DNA of 64,000 nucleotides from Candidatus Enterousia sp. (GTDB lineage Bacteria; Pseudomonadota; Alphaproteobacteria; Rs-D84): NCBI GenBank assembly GCA_045613785.1, contig JAZLBQ010000004.1, positions 47,830 to 111,829 of the forward strand, read 5' to 3'. Shown piece by piece: positions 26,373 to 35,200 of this stretch (position 1 is its first letter; each line of letters starts with the position of its first letter). The notes under the pieces were generated by a model. It saw only the letters and a program-made list of their open reading frames with translations, ran no database searches and was not told where the DNA came from. The position numbers and the translations under genes were made by a program.

Positions 26373-27929
26373 TTATTGCATTCTTACAACGCTACAACTT
26401 GTTCCGCTAAATTTTAACAACTTGTCGCATAATGTTTGTGCTGTGTCAATATCTGCCAATGGGCCAATACGCAAGCGATACTGGCGTGCTGTTGTTGAGT
26501 CTGCACCTAATTCTCCGACACCTTGTTCATCAACTGCAAAGAAAACCATATTTTTATAAGGTGTCAACAATCCTTGACCATTTTCACCGCTGAATTTAGC
26601 CAACAACATTGTCCAATAATCGTCCAAGGCCTTGACAGAAGTATCTGATTTTAATTCTACGGCAACACCAACCTGATTACTTGAAATCAGTGGGATGTTG
26701 GTTTGTGGTAAATAAGCCCCTGCTGTATTTCGTTGTGTTGGCAACATGTTTACAACACTTCCTGACGAGCGAGGCATTGTCTGTGGTGCAGTAAATCCTG
26801 CTGGCATATAATATCCTGCACCAGTTGTCTGATTGACAGTTTGATTATTTTCAACGAATACAGGTGTCCCGGTATATGGTGTTCCCATACTCATTGCAGC
26901 CATACTGTCAGTATATGCGATGTTGCTTAGTGATTGTCCAGACAGCATACTCTGTGCAACATTTGCCTCTGCCAGTGCCATCACAGATGCGGTATCAGCA
27001 ATCAAGAACGGTTTTTCACGTTTTTTGATGCAAACAATACGTTGTCCGCTACGCAGAACCATATCGCCCACGGCCTCTACAATCAACAAGCGACCGTCTT
27101 CACCATCTGTGCGGAATCCAACAGGAGATTCGCCACCTTCTACCAACAGTGAAACAACAGGGCGTTGCGTCATTGCGATAACCTTGTCGCCAAAATCAAT
27201 GTATGTGAAGATACGATCACGCCAAACACGCTCTGGTGCGATTACATAGTCGTCTGGGTTTGGAACAAAGATGTCTAAATCGAAACGAAATTCCGAAGGA
27301 TCGATTTTCATTGATTTAATCCAGCCATAGTCTTCGCCATCAACACCGACTGTATTTGTTGCGTTGCTTGAAGTTGCGGCCTTTTTGAATATAGAACTTG
27401 CCCCACCAGAAACAGGAACGTTTCCTGCGGTTGGCAGTGCAACATTGCCGTCCAGGACTACATCGACTTGTGAATATGTAATTTCACTGGAATTAGATGG
27501 TTCGCTACGCAAATAGAAGATATATTTATTTCCTGATTTGCCTGTTACAATCATATTAGTATCAGACCCTTGGTTAGAACCGACTGGTGAAATAAACATT
27601 GTCTGACCGCCCTGAGTCGCATCAATGTCAAACAAGTCTTGGTTTCCAACCATTGCATCTGCAATCTGTTCACCATTTGGCAATGTAACCATAGTTACCA
27701 TTCCATTACGCAGTTTGATTGGTAAAACACTGCCTGCAGACCAAGCCAACTGTGCATATCCTGGTTTTGTGCTACCGCTGGCCATATTTGCCATTGGGTT
27801 ATCCCATGCCTCTTGCACACCGTATTCTGTTATTGCAGAATATGCCGGCAACGTCAACAGACCTGCCAGGCAAAAAACAGACATATTAAATCTTAGTGCT
27901 TTTACGAAACTCATACCAATCCTTCCCAT
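26373..27929 (-). CDS. virB9: Type IV secretion VirB9/TrbG/CagX-family protein with a C-terminal extension ending in a SPOR-like domain, 518 aa
   Basis: Signal peptide. VirB9 N-domain (PIKLRNGMVTMVTLPNGEQI). VirB9 C-domain (RVWRDRIFTYIDFGDKVIAMTQRPVVSLLVEGGESPVGFRTDGEDGRLLIVEAVGDMVLRSGQRIVCIKK). Then an extra region of about 200 aa whose last 80 aa resemble SPOR (YRLRIGPLADIDTAQTLCDKLLKFSGTSCSVV). Confidence 0.85.
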   Translation of the reverse strand: MGRIGMSFVKALRFNMSVFCLAGLLTLPAYSAITEYGVQEAWDNPMANMASGSTKPGYAQLAWSAGSVLPIKLRNGMVTMVTLPNGEQIADAMVGNQDLFDIDATQGGQTMFISPVGSNQGSDTNMIVTGKSGNKYIFYLRSEPSNSSEITYSQVDVVLDGNVALPTAGNVPVSGGASSIFKKAATSSNATNTVGVDGEDYGWIKSMKIDPSEFRFDLDIFVPNPDDYVIAPERVWRDRIFTYIDFGDKVIAMTQRPVVSLLVEGGESPVGFRTDGEDGRLLIVEAVGDMVLRSGQRIVCIKKREKPFLIADTASVMALAEANVAQSMLSGQSLSNIAYTDSMAAMSMGTPYTGTPVFVENNQTVNQTTGAGYYMPAGFTAPQTMPRSSGSVVNMLPTQRNTAGAYLPQTNIPLISSNQVGVAVELKSDTSVKALDDYWTMLLAKFSGENGQGLLTPYKNMVFFAVDEQGVGELGADSTTARQYRLRIGPLADIDTAQTLCDKLLKFSGTSCSVVRMQ

Positions 27930-27942
27930 TTTTTATGTTGTT

Positions 27943-28614
27943 TTATTCTGTCTCACGAAAACCTGTATTTAAAGGGTCTCCATTGTCAGATATAACCTTG
28001 TATTCAGATACACGCAGTCCCAATGGATTTTCGATACGGTCTGCCCATTTGATTTGCGTTTTATCATTATCTTCTAATTTCAACTTTATTGTATAATCTT
28101 TTGTGATTGTATGTCCAGCATTATCAGTGCAGAAATATCTAAATTTTACCTGATATTGATCTTCGCTTGCCAAATATATCGGTGCACCATCAAAAATAAC
28201 AGGGCATTGAAACTCAAAGTCAGGCATTCCTGCCATCATTGCGATGAACATATCGGTGTTTGCAAACTCGCCATAAACAGCATCTGTTGACATAATGCGA
28301 ACTGCACCGTCGTTGCTGTTCCATTTTTTATGCATTGCCTTGGCATTTGTGAAAACTTCGTTTCTGTGTTGGATATATTCACGAACAAAGGCTTTTTTGT
28401 ATCGATCCAGATTTTCGCTTTTTGGTTGCATTTGAATCAATCGAACGTCTTGGTCGTCACGGACAGCGGTTGCCAAAAAGAACACTTGTGGACGATTCAA
28501 TGGGAACATTTTTACCAGTGTCACAGTCATTACGCCTAACGTCACCAAAGCAGCAGCCAGCACAAAAGTCATCAGTCTGGATAATAAAATTGGTGGTTGT
28601 ATGCGGTTCTGCAC
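27943..28614 (-). CDS. virB8: Type IV secretion VirB8-family protein, 223 aa
   Basis: N-terminal transmembrane helix, NTF2-like periplasmic domain, and the conserved FVREYIQHRNEV and NPLGLRVSEY motifs. Confidence 0.85.
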   Translation of the reverse strand: MQNRIQPPILLSRLMTFVLAAALVTLGVMTVTLVKMFPLNRPQVFFLATAVRDDQDVRLIQMQPKSENLDRYKKAFVREYIQHRNEVFTNAKAMHKKWNSNDGAVRIMSTDAVYGEFANTDMFIAMMAGMPDFEFQCPVIFDGAPIYLASEDQYQVKFRYFCTDNAGHTITKDYTIKLKLEDNDKTQIKWADRIENPLGLRVSEYKVISDNGDPLNTGFRETE

Positions 28615-28734
28615 GATGTTCCTCTCTCTTTAATTAAAGTGATTGTAGAAAAAAACAAATAGTCTGTGCAAGAAAAAATTTGCAATAACAAAAAACTAAA
28701 ACAGGAAAAGTTATAAAAGGTGTTAAAAATATAG

Positions 28735-28763
28735 TTGCAAGGTAAAGAGAAAAATATTATAAT
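28735..28763 (+). promoter_or_regulatory. Near-consensus sigma70 promoter TTGCAA-17-TATAAT upstream of tRNA-Trp and the secE-nusG operon
   Basis: -35 at 28735-28740 and -10 at 28758-28763, about 90 nt upstream of the tRNA-Trp 5' end. Confidence 0.35.
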
Positions 28764-28856
28764 ATTTCCACTTGATTTTTTATATAAGTGTGCTATTCTG
28801 TCGCAGACTATTATGGTGGTGTGCGGCACATCGACAGGTATCAGATATGAACACAC

Positions 28857-28930
28857 AGGGGCATAGTTCAACGGTAGAATATCGGTCTCCAAAACCGCGG
28901 ATGAGGGTTCGATTCCTTCTGCCCCTGCCA
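28857..28930 (+). tRNA. tRNA-Trp (anticodon CCA)
   Basis: AGGGGCATAGTTCAACGGTAGAATATCGGTCTCCAAAACCGCGGATGAGGGTTCGATTCCTTCTGCCCCTGCCA. Anticodon loop CTCCAAA. Conserved position immediately upstream of secE-nusG. Confidence 0.95.
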
Positions 28931-28971
28931 GGAATAGTCAGGGTTAAATTACGTAATTTAGGCAGTTTTTT

Positions 28972-29151
28972 ATGAAAAAAATACTGGATTTTTTTAAGTC
29001 AGTTCGCAGTGAATGGTTCAAGATTGTATGGCCATCACGTGACAGTGTCGTGCGTGCAACAATTATGATATTGGTATTTTCCGGGCTGGCGGCCTTGTTC
29101 TTTTTTGTTGTTGACAGTGTCTTGAATGCGATTGTTGGTTGGATTTTCTAA
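28972..29151 (+). CDS. secE: Preprotein translocase subunit SecE (59 aa; below the ORF-track length cutoff)
   Basis: MKKILDFFKSVRSEWFKIVWPSRDSVVRATIMILVFSGLAALFFFVVDSVLNAIVGWIF. Single transmembrane helix. Canonical position between tRNA-Trp and nusG. Confidence 0.85.
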   Translation: MKKILDFFKSVRSEWFKIVWPSRDSVVRATIMILVFSGLAALFFFVVDSVLNAIVGWIF

Positions 29152-29171
29152 ATCAGGCAAAGGAAGCAAAG

Positions 29172-29705
29172 ATGGAAGAAAAGATGCAGTGGTTTGTTGT
29201 AAATGTTCATACAGGGTGCGAAGATAAGGTTGCACGTGGTTTACGTGAACAGATTGACAAGCGTCGTTTGAATGCGTTGTTTGGCGAAATTATGGTTCCA
29301 ACACGTGAAGTTATCGAAATCAAGGCCGGCAAGCGTGTCAAAGCTGAAAGAAAGTTTTTTCCAGGTTATATCGTTGTTCAAATGGTTATGAACAATGAAA
29401 CCTTTACCTTGGTTCGTCAGATTCCTCAGGTTGTTATGTTTTTGGGTGCACGCAACAAGCCGATTGCAGTTAGCGAGGCCGAAGCCCACCGTCTGATGAA
29501 ACAGGTCGAAGAAGGTGCTGTTGCAATCGAAGACGTTGAATACGAAGTTGGACAGGAAGTTCATGTTATCGATGGTCCGTTTGCGGGCTTTAATGGAATT
29601 GCGTCCGAAGTTGATAATGTAAAACAAAAGATGACAGTAACAGTTCTGGTGTTTGGTCGTGAAACCAGCATGGAATTGGAATTTGACCAGGTAGAAAAGG
29701 TCTAA
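29172..29705 (+). CDS. nusG: Transcription termination/antitermination factor NusG
   Basis: MEEKMQWFVVNVHTGCEDKV... gives an NGN domain followed by a KOW domain. Start chosen at the ATG at 29172, which follows an AGGAAG RBS. The ORF-track extension to 29139 starts at TTG inside secE. Confidence 0.9.
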   Translation: MEEKMQWFVVNVHTGCEDKVARGLREQIDKRRLNALFGEIMVPTREVIEIKAGKRVKAERKFFPGYIVVQMVMNNETFTLVRQIPQVVMFLGARNKPIAVSEAEAHRLMKQVEEGAVAIEDVEYEVGQEVHVIDGPFAGFNGIASEVDNVKQKMTVTVLVFGRETSMELEFDQVEKV

Positions 29706-29811
29706 ATAAAGTTTTTTGTGGTTTTCTGAAAAAAATACAGTAAAATCACAGCAACATGTGGTAGATACGCCAAATCGAACCACAACACAAACGAAAAAAA
29801 CGGAGTGAAAA

Positions 29812-30243
29812 ATGGCAAAGAAAGAAGTTAAGGGATTGGTTAAATTAGTCGTCCCTGCAAAACAGGCGAATCCTGCACCACCAATCGGCCCAGTTTTGGG
29901 TGCAAACGGTGTAAACATTGCAGAATTCTGCAAACAGTTTAACGACAAAACATCTGATAAAGAACCTGGAATGCCAATTCCATGTATTATCACTGTTTAT
30001 ACAGATCGCAGTTTCGAATTCATTATGAAATTGCCACCTGTGTCATACTATATTAAGAAAGCGTTGAAACTGAAAATCGGTTCACACAAACCAGGTCGTG
30101 AATTTGTTGGCACATTGACTCAGGCACAAATCAAAGAAATTGCCGAAGCAAAATTGCCAGACTTGAATTGCTCTACCATTGAATCTGCGATGAACATTGT
30201 TGCGGGTCAGTGTCGTTCTATGGGCGTAAAGGTGGAGGAATAA
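29812..30243 (+). CDS. rplK: 50S ribosomal protein L11
   Basis: [44 protein letters not shown]. Confidence 0.95.
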   Translation: MAKKEVKGLVKLVVPAKQANPAPPIGPVLGANGVNIAEFCKQFNDKTSDKEPGMPIPCIITVYTDRSFEFIMKLPPVSYYIKKALKLKIGSHKPGREFVGTLTQAQIKEIAEAKLPDLNCSTIESAMNIVAGQCRSMGVKVEE

Positions 30244-30247
30244 TATC

Positions 30248-30922
30248 ATGAAACTGACAAAGAAACAGCAGACTTGGAAAAACTTGGACACAGACAAAGT
30301 GTATTCTTTGGCTGATGCGATTGAAGTTTTGCGTGAATATGCATCTAAAAAGTTTGATGAAACACTGGAAATCGCTATCCGTTTGGGTATCGATGTAACC
30401 AAGGCAGACCAGAACATTCGTGGTATGTTGTCTTTGCCAAATGGCACAGGCAAGACAGTCCGTGTTGCTGTATTTACTGCAAATTCTCAGGACGAAGCGA
30501 AAAAAGCTGGTGCAGACGTTGTTGGTGCCGAAGAATTGATTGATTCTGTGGCAGCAGGCAACATCAATTTTGACCGTGTTATTGCAACACCAGATATGAT
30601 GCCAAAGATGTCAAAAATCGCACGTGTTTTGGGGCCAAAGGGCTTGATGCCGAACCCAAAATTAGGCACTGTTACAAATAACGTTGCCGAAGCGGTTGCT
30701 ACAGCCAAGGCAGGTCAGATTGAATACCGTGCAGAAAAGAAAGGTATTATCCACGCCGGTATTGGTAAAATGTCATTTGAAACCGCAAAATTGGTTGAAA
30801 ATGCAGTTGCTTTGATTGACCAGTTGAAAAAGGTCAAACCTGCATCGTCTAAGGGTCAGTATATCTTGGGGATCTCGGTTGCAACAACCCAGGGCCCAGG
30901 TCTGAAAGTAGATGCAAAATAA
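30248..30922 (+). CDS. rplA: 50S ribosomal protein L1
   Basis: Typical L1 sequence. Directly follows rplK. Confidence 0.95.
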   Translation: MKLTKKQQTWKNLDTDKVYSLADAIEVLREYASKKFDETLEIAIRLGIDVTKADQNIRGMLSLPNGTGKTVRVAVFTANSQDEAKKAGADVVGAEELIDSVAAGNINFDRVIATPDMMPKMSKIARVLGPKGLMPNPKLGTVTNNVAEAVATAKAGQIEYRAEKKGIIHAGIGKMSFETAKLVENAVALIDQLKKVKPASSKGQYILGISVATTQGPGLKVDAK

Positions 30923-31100
30923 TTAAATGCGATGGTGGGCGACCACCGTCGCATAAACAGATTTCTGTCCAAGACTGATGGTGCTAACGCTTAATTTCCA
31001 TCATAGACAAAGAAAAATTCTTTGGGGCAGGAACAAAAGCCCCATCCCTGGTAAAAACGGATGGATAAGTTAACAAAACAGAAGCTTGAAGGAAAAATAG
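30923..31100 (+). promoter_or_regulatory. rplJ leader region with a strong hairpin (GCGATGGTGG-GCGA-CCACCGTCGC, 30926-30950). It is a candidate L10(L12)4-binding autoregulatory leader or attenuator.
   Basis: A 178-nt untranslated spacer between rplA and rplJ contains a 10-bp GC-rich stem. The L10 leader is a known regulatory RNA at this position in many bacteria. Confidence 0.35.
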
Positions 31101-31580
31101 ATGAGACGCGAAGAAAAATCAGATTTGATTTCAGCGTTACAGTCGTCCCTGAAAGAAGCGAACGGTGTTTTCGTTATTGAAAACCATGGCTTGACAGTAA
31201 GCGAATTTGAAACATTGCGTAATGAATTGCGCCCATTGGTTTCTGTATTCAAGGTTGTCAAGAACCGTTTGATGAAATTGGCGTTAAAAGACACTGATTT
31301 CGAACCTGTATCCGAAATGTTGAAACGTCCAACTGCTGTTGCTGTTGCAACTGACGGTTTGGCGGTTACCAAGGTTTTGGCAAAATTTGCTGGTGAACAC
31401 CCAAATTTGACAATCGTTGGTGGTAAAATGGATGCAGACGTTTTGGACGTAGACGGCGTTATGCAATTATCCAAGCTTCCTTCCCTGTTGGAAATCCGTG
31501 GCACAATCGCACGCATTTTGGTCGAACCAGCATCACGTTTGGCACGTGTATCCGCAGAGTATGGAAAAAAAGAACAATAA
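31101..31580 (+). CDS. rplJ: 50S ribosomal protein L10
   Basis: MRREEKSDLISALQSSLKEANGVFVIENHGLTVSEFETLRNELRP. Confidence 0.95.
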   Translation: MRREEKSDLISALQSSLKEANGVFVIENHGLTVSEFETLRNELRPLVSVFKVVKNRLMKLALKDTDFEPVSEMLKRPTAVAVATDGLAVTKVLAKFAGEHPNLTIVGGKMDADVLDVDGVMQLSKLPSLLEIRGTIARILVEPASRLARVSAEYGKKEQ

Positions 31581-31628
31581 AATCAGAATACATTATTCTG
31601 ACCTAAAACAAAAATTAGGAGTAAAAAA

Positions 31629-31994
31629 ATGGCAGACATTCAGAAATTAGTTGAAGAATTGTCAAAATTGAGTGTTTTGGAAGCAGTTGAATTGTCCAAA
31701 GCATTAGAAGAAACATGGGGCGTAAGTGCTGCTGCTGCTGTTGCAGTTGCTGCTGGTCCTGTTGCTGCTGCAGCCGAAGAAAAGTCAGAATTTGACGTTG
31801 TTTTGGCTGAAATTGGTGCAAACAAATTGGCAGTTATCAAAGCTGTAAAAGAAGCTACAGGCTTGGGCTTGGGCGAAGCAAAAGCTTTGGTAGAATCTGC
31901 ACCAAAGGCCGTTAAAGAAGGCTTGGCAAAAGACGAAGCTGAAAAATTGAAAGCTGCGTTGGAAGCCGCAGGTGCAAAAGTTGAATTGAAATAA
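31629..31994 (+). CDS. rplL: 50S ribosomal protein L7/L12
   Basis: Ala-rich hinge and a conserved C-terminal domain ([48 protein letters not shown]). Confidence 0.95.
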   Translation: MADIQKLVEELSKLSVLEAVELSKALEETWGVSAAAAVAVAAGPVAAAAEEKSEFDVVLAEIGANKLAVIKAVKEATGLGLGEAKALVESAPKAVKEGLAKDEAEKLKAALEAAGAKVELK

Positions 31995-32003
31995 TTTAAC
32001 TTT

Positions 32004-32090
32004 TTTTGAACCGATTGGTTCAATAAATCTGGTCGTATAAAACTACGACAAAACGCCGCCCGTGTGGGATAAAATCCCATGCGGGCACAA
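32004..32090 (+). promoter_or_regulatory. rplL-rpoB intergenic attenuator-like structures (hairpin TTGAACCGATTGGTTCAA and a GC-clamped stem GCCCGTGTGGGA...TCCCATGCGGGC)
   Basis: Two stem-loops lie in the 297-nt spacer. Partial termination or processing between rplL and rpoB is well established in other bacteria. There is no strong U-tract, so this is tentative. Confidence 0.3.
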
Positions 32091-32291
32091 AGGCGTAAAA
32101 GACGAAAGTCAAAAAACATAAGACAAAAGCAGGGCAAAAAGGAGATTTTTAGATAAATTGTGTAATGATAATCGATTCAGAAACTGATTGATTATCCAAG
32201 ATTTTTACCAAGATTCGTTCACAATTTGTTTAAGAATTTTCTTTTTGCCCTGCTATGTTTGCAAAACGCACAGAAAAAAGGATTAAAACCG

Positions 32292-35200
32292 ATGGCAGTT
32301 ATCCAGAAACTTAGAAAATCTTTTGGAAAAAGTTTTTTGCAAACTCCGCTTCCTGATTTAGTTGAAATTCAATATAATTCATATAAAAACTTCTTGCAGG
32401 CAGATGTCGCCCCAGAATCTCGCAAAGACATGGGGTTGCAAAATGTATTTAAATCAATGTTCCCAATCAAAGACTATGCCGGCATTGCCGAGTTGAAGTT
32501 TGTGGAATATACATTGGATAAACCAGTATACAACGTAAAAGAATGTATGCTGCGTAATATGACATACTCCAGCAAGTTGAAACTGAAGCTGAGCTTGACT
32601 TTATGGGATGTCGCCGAAGACGGCACAAAAAGCCTGCGTGACATCAAAGAACAAGAAATATTTATGGGCGAAGTGCCATTGATGACTGAACGTGGCAGCT
32701 TTATCGCATCAGGTGTTGAACGTGTTATTGTATCCCAGATGCATCGTGCCCAGGGTGTTGTTTTTGCGACAACCAAGGAATCAAAGGTTGCGGGAAATCC
32801 AACAACATATACCGCACGTATTATTCCAGAACATGGTTCTTGGATTGATTTCGAAGAAGCCAAAGGTATTATTTATGTTCGTATTGACCGCCGCCGCAAA
32901 GTTCCTGCGACGGTTCTGTTGCGTTGTTTGCCAAGTGCCCAAGACGAAAAGAAATGGGCAGAAGATCCACGCAAACCAACAATTCAGGGTATGTCAGATA
33001 CTGAAATTTTGGGTGTATTCTATAATCGTATTCCATTGGCATTTGATGGTAAAAATTGGGTTGGCGAAACAGCCAGTTTCCAGGGCTTGGATAAATTTAG
33101 CCTGAACTTTGATTTGTTGTCAACCAAAGGCAACAAGACAATCTTGGCCAAGGGCGATCGTCTGAACGGCAAGAATACCAAGAAATTGATGGCAGAACAG
33201 AATTTCGAAATCGAATCAGAAGCATTAGAAGGCGAATATCTGTTTGACCCAGTTATCTCTGGCGATGAAGTTATCTTCCCAGCAGGCACAGAAATCACCG
33301 AAGAAGTATTAAAGACACTGGACGAATTAGCTATCAAAGAAATCAGTCTGATTGCAATTGATAACAAAACAGTCAGTGCTCATATCCGCAACACATTGTT
33401 AGCAGATAAAACAACAAATCGTGAAGAAGCCCTGATTGAAATCTATAACATTATCCGTCCGGGTGAACGTCCAACATTGGAAGCTGCAATCAATCTGTTT
33501 ATGCGTCAAGGCTTTGAACCTGCATATTATGATTTGTCTGCTGTTGGTCGTTTCAAGATGAACAAACGTTTGAAAATCGACTCTGGTAAAAAACCAGAAG
33601 ACGAACGCTTGTTGACTAAATCTGATTTCTTGGCAGTGTTAAAGACATTGACAAACATCATCGACCGCAAAGATACAGTTGATGACATTGATAACTTGTC
33701 AAATCGTCGTGTTCGCACAGTTGGCGAATTGCTGGAACAGAATTTCCGCACAGGTATGGTTCGCATTGAACGTTTGGTTCGTGAAGCATTGTCTTCTCAG
33801 AATATTGCAAACATGCAGCCACAAGATGTTATCAATGTAAAGCCATTGATGTCATTGGTTTCTGAATTCTTGGGAACATCACAGTTGTCTCAGTTTATGG
33901 ATGCATATAATCCATTGTCAGAACTGGAACACAAACGCCGTATTTCTGCATTGGGTCCAGGTGGCTTGAACCGTGACCGTGCAGGCATCGATGTCCGTGA
34001 CGTTCACCCAACACACTATGGTCGTCTGTGTCCAATTCACACCCCAGAAGGTGCGAACATTGGTCTGATTAACCACTTGTCAACATATGCACGTGTAAAT
34101 CCATACGGATTCATTGAAACACCATACTATGTTGTCAAAGATGGCAAAGTCACCAGTGAAATGAAATATTTGACTGCAGACGAAGAATTGGGTCATAAAA
34201 TCGCTCAGGGTAATACCCCAACTGCCAAAGACGGCACATTTACCGAAGATACGGTTACTGCACGTGTTGACGGCGAATTTACTATGGTATCCAAGGACGA
34301 AATTGACCTTATCGACGTTGAGCCACGTCAGGTGGTATCTATCGCAACAGGTTTGATTCCATTTGTTGAAAATGACGACGCTAACCGTGCATTGATGGGA
34401 TCGAACATGCAACGTCAGGCTGTTCCATTATTGCGTGTTCAGGCACCATTGGTTGGAACAGGTATTGAACGTGAAGTTGCACGTGATTCTCGCACTGGTA
34501 AGGTTGCAAAACACAGTGGTGTTGTTGAATCAGTTGACGCAAATCGTATTGTGGTAAAATGTATGAACAGCCGCAATGTTGTGACAGGCGTTGATATTTA
34601 CAACTTGGAAAAATTCGAACGTTCAAACAGTGAAACAATCATTCACCAGAAACCATTGGTCAAGGTTGGCGACCGTATTTCAATGGGCGACATCATTGCT
34701 GACGGTTCATCTATGAACTATGGTGAATTGGCATTGGGTCGCAACGTCTTGGTTGCATTTATGCCATGGCGTGGATATAACTACGAAGACTCTATTGTTA
34801 TCTCTGAACGCATTTCACGTGACGACGTATTTACATCTGTAAAAATCGTTGAAAAGGAATTCAAAGTTCGTGACACCCAGTTAGGGCCAGAAGCATTGAC
34901 TCGTGATATTCCAAACGTCGGTGAAGAAGCGTTAAAGAACTTGGACGAATCAGGTATTATCTATGTTGGTGCCCGTGTAAAACAGGGTGATATTTTGGTT
35001 GGTCGTGTGACACCAAAATCAGAAACACTGTTGACACCAGAAGAAGCGTTATTGCGTAACATCTTTGGTGAAAAGGCACTGAATGTAAAGGATACATCAC
35101 TGCGTGTTGGTCCAAACGAAGAAGGAACAGTTATCGGTGTAAACGTTTTGACCCGTCACGGTGTCAAGAAAGACGAACGCACCCAGATGATTGAATTGCA

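Noticed and set aside
29139-29171. N-terminal extension of nusG starting at TTG inside secE
   Set aside because: The secE stop and an AGGAAG RBS precede the ATG at 29172. The extension is an artefact of allowing TTG starts.
31640-32137. 165-aa minus-strand Ala-rich ORF
   Set aside because: It is antisense to rplL. The Ala richness comes from the complement of the GCT/GCA-rich L7/L12 hinge.
32226-32291. rpoB extension from a TTG at 32226
   Set aside because: MAVIQKLRKSFGK at 32292 has an RBS and matches the conserved RpoB N-terminus.
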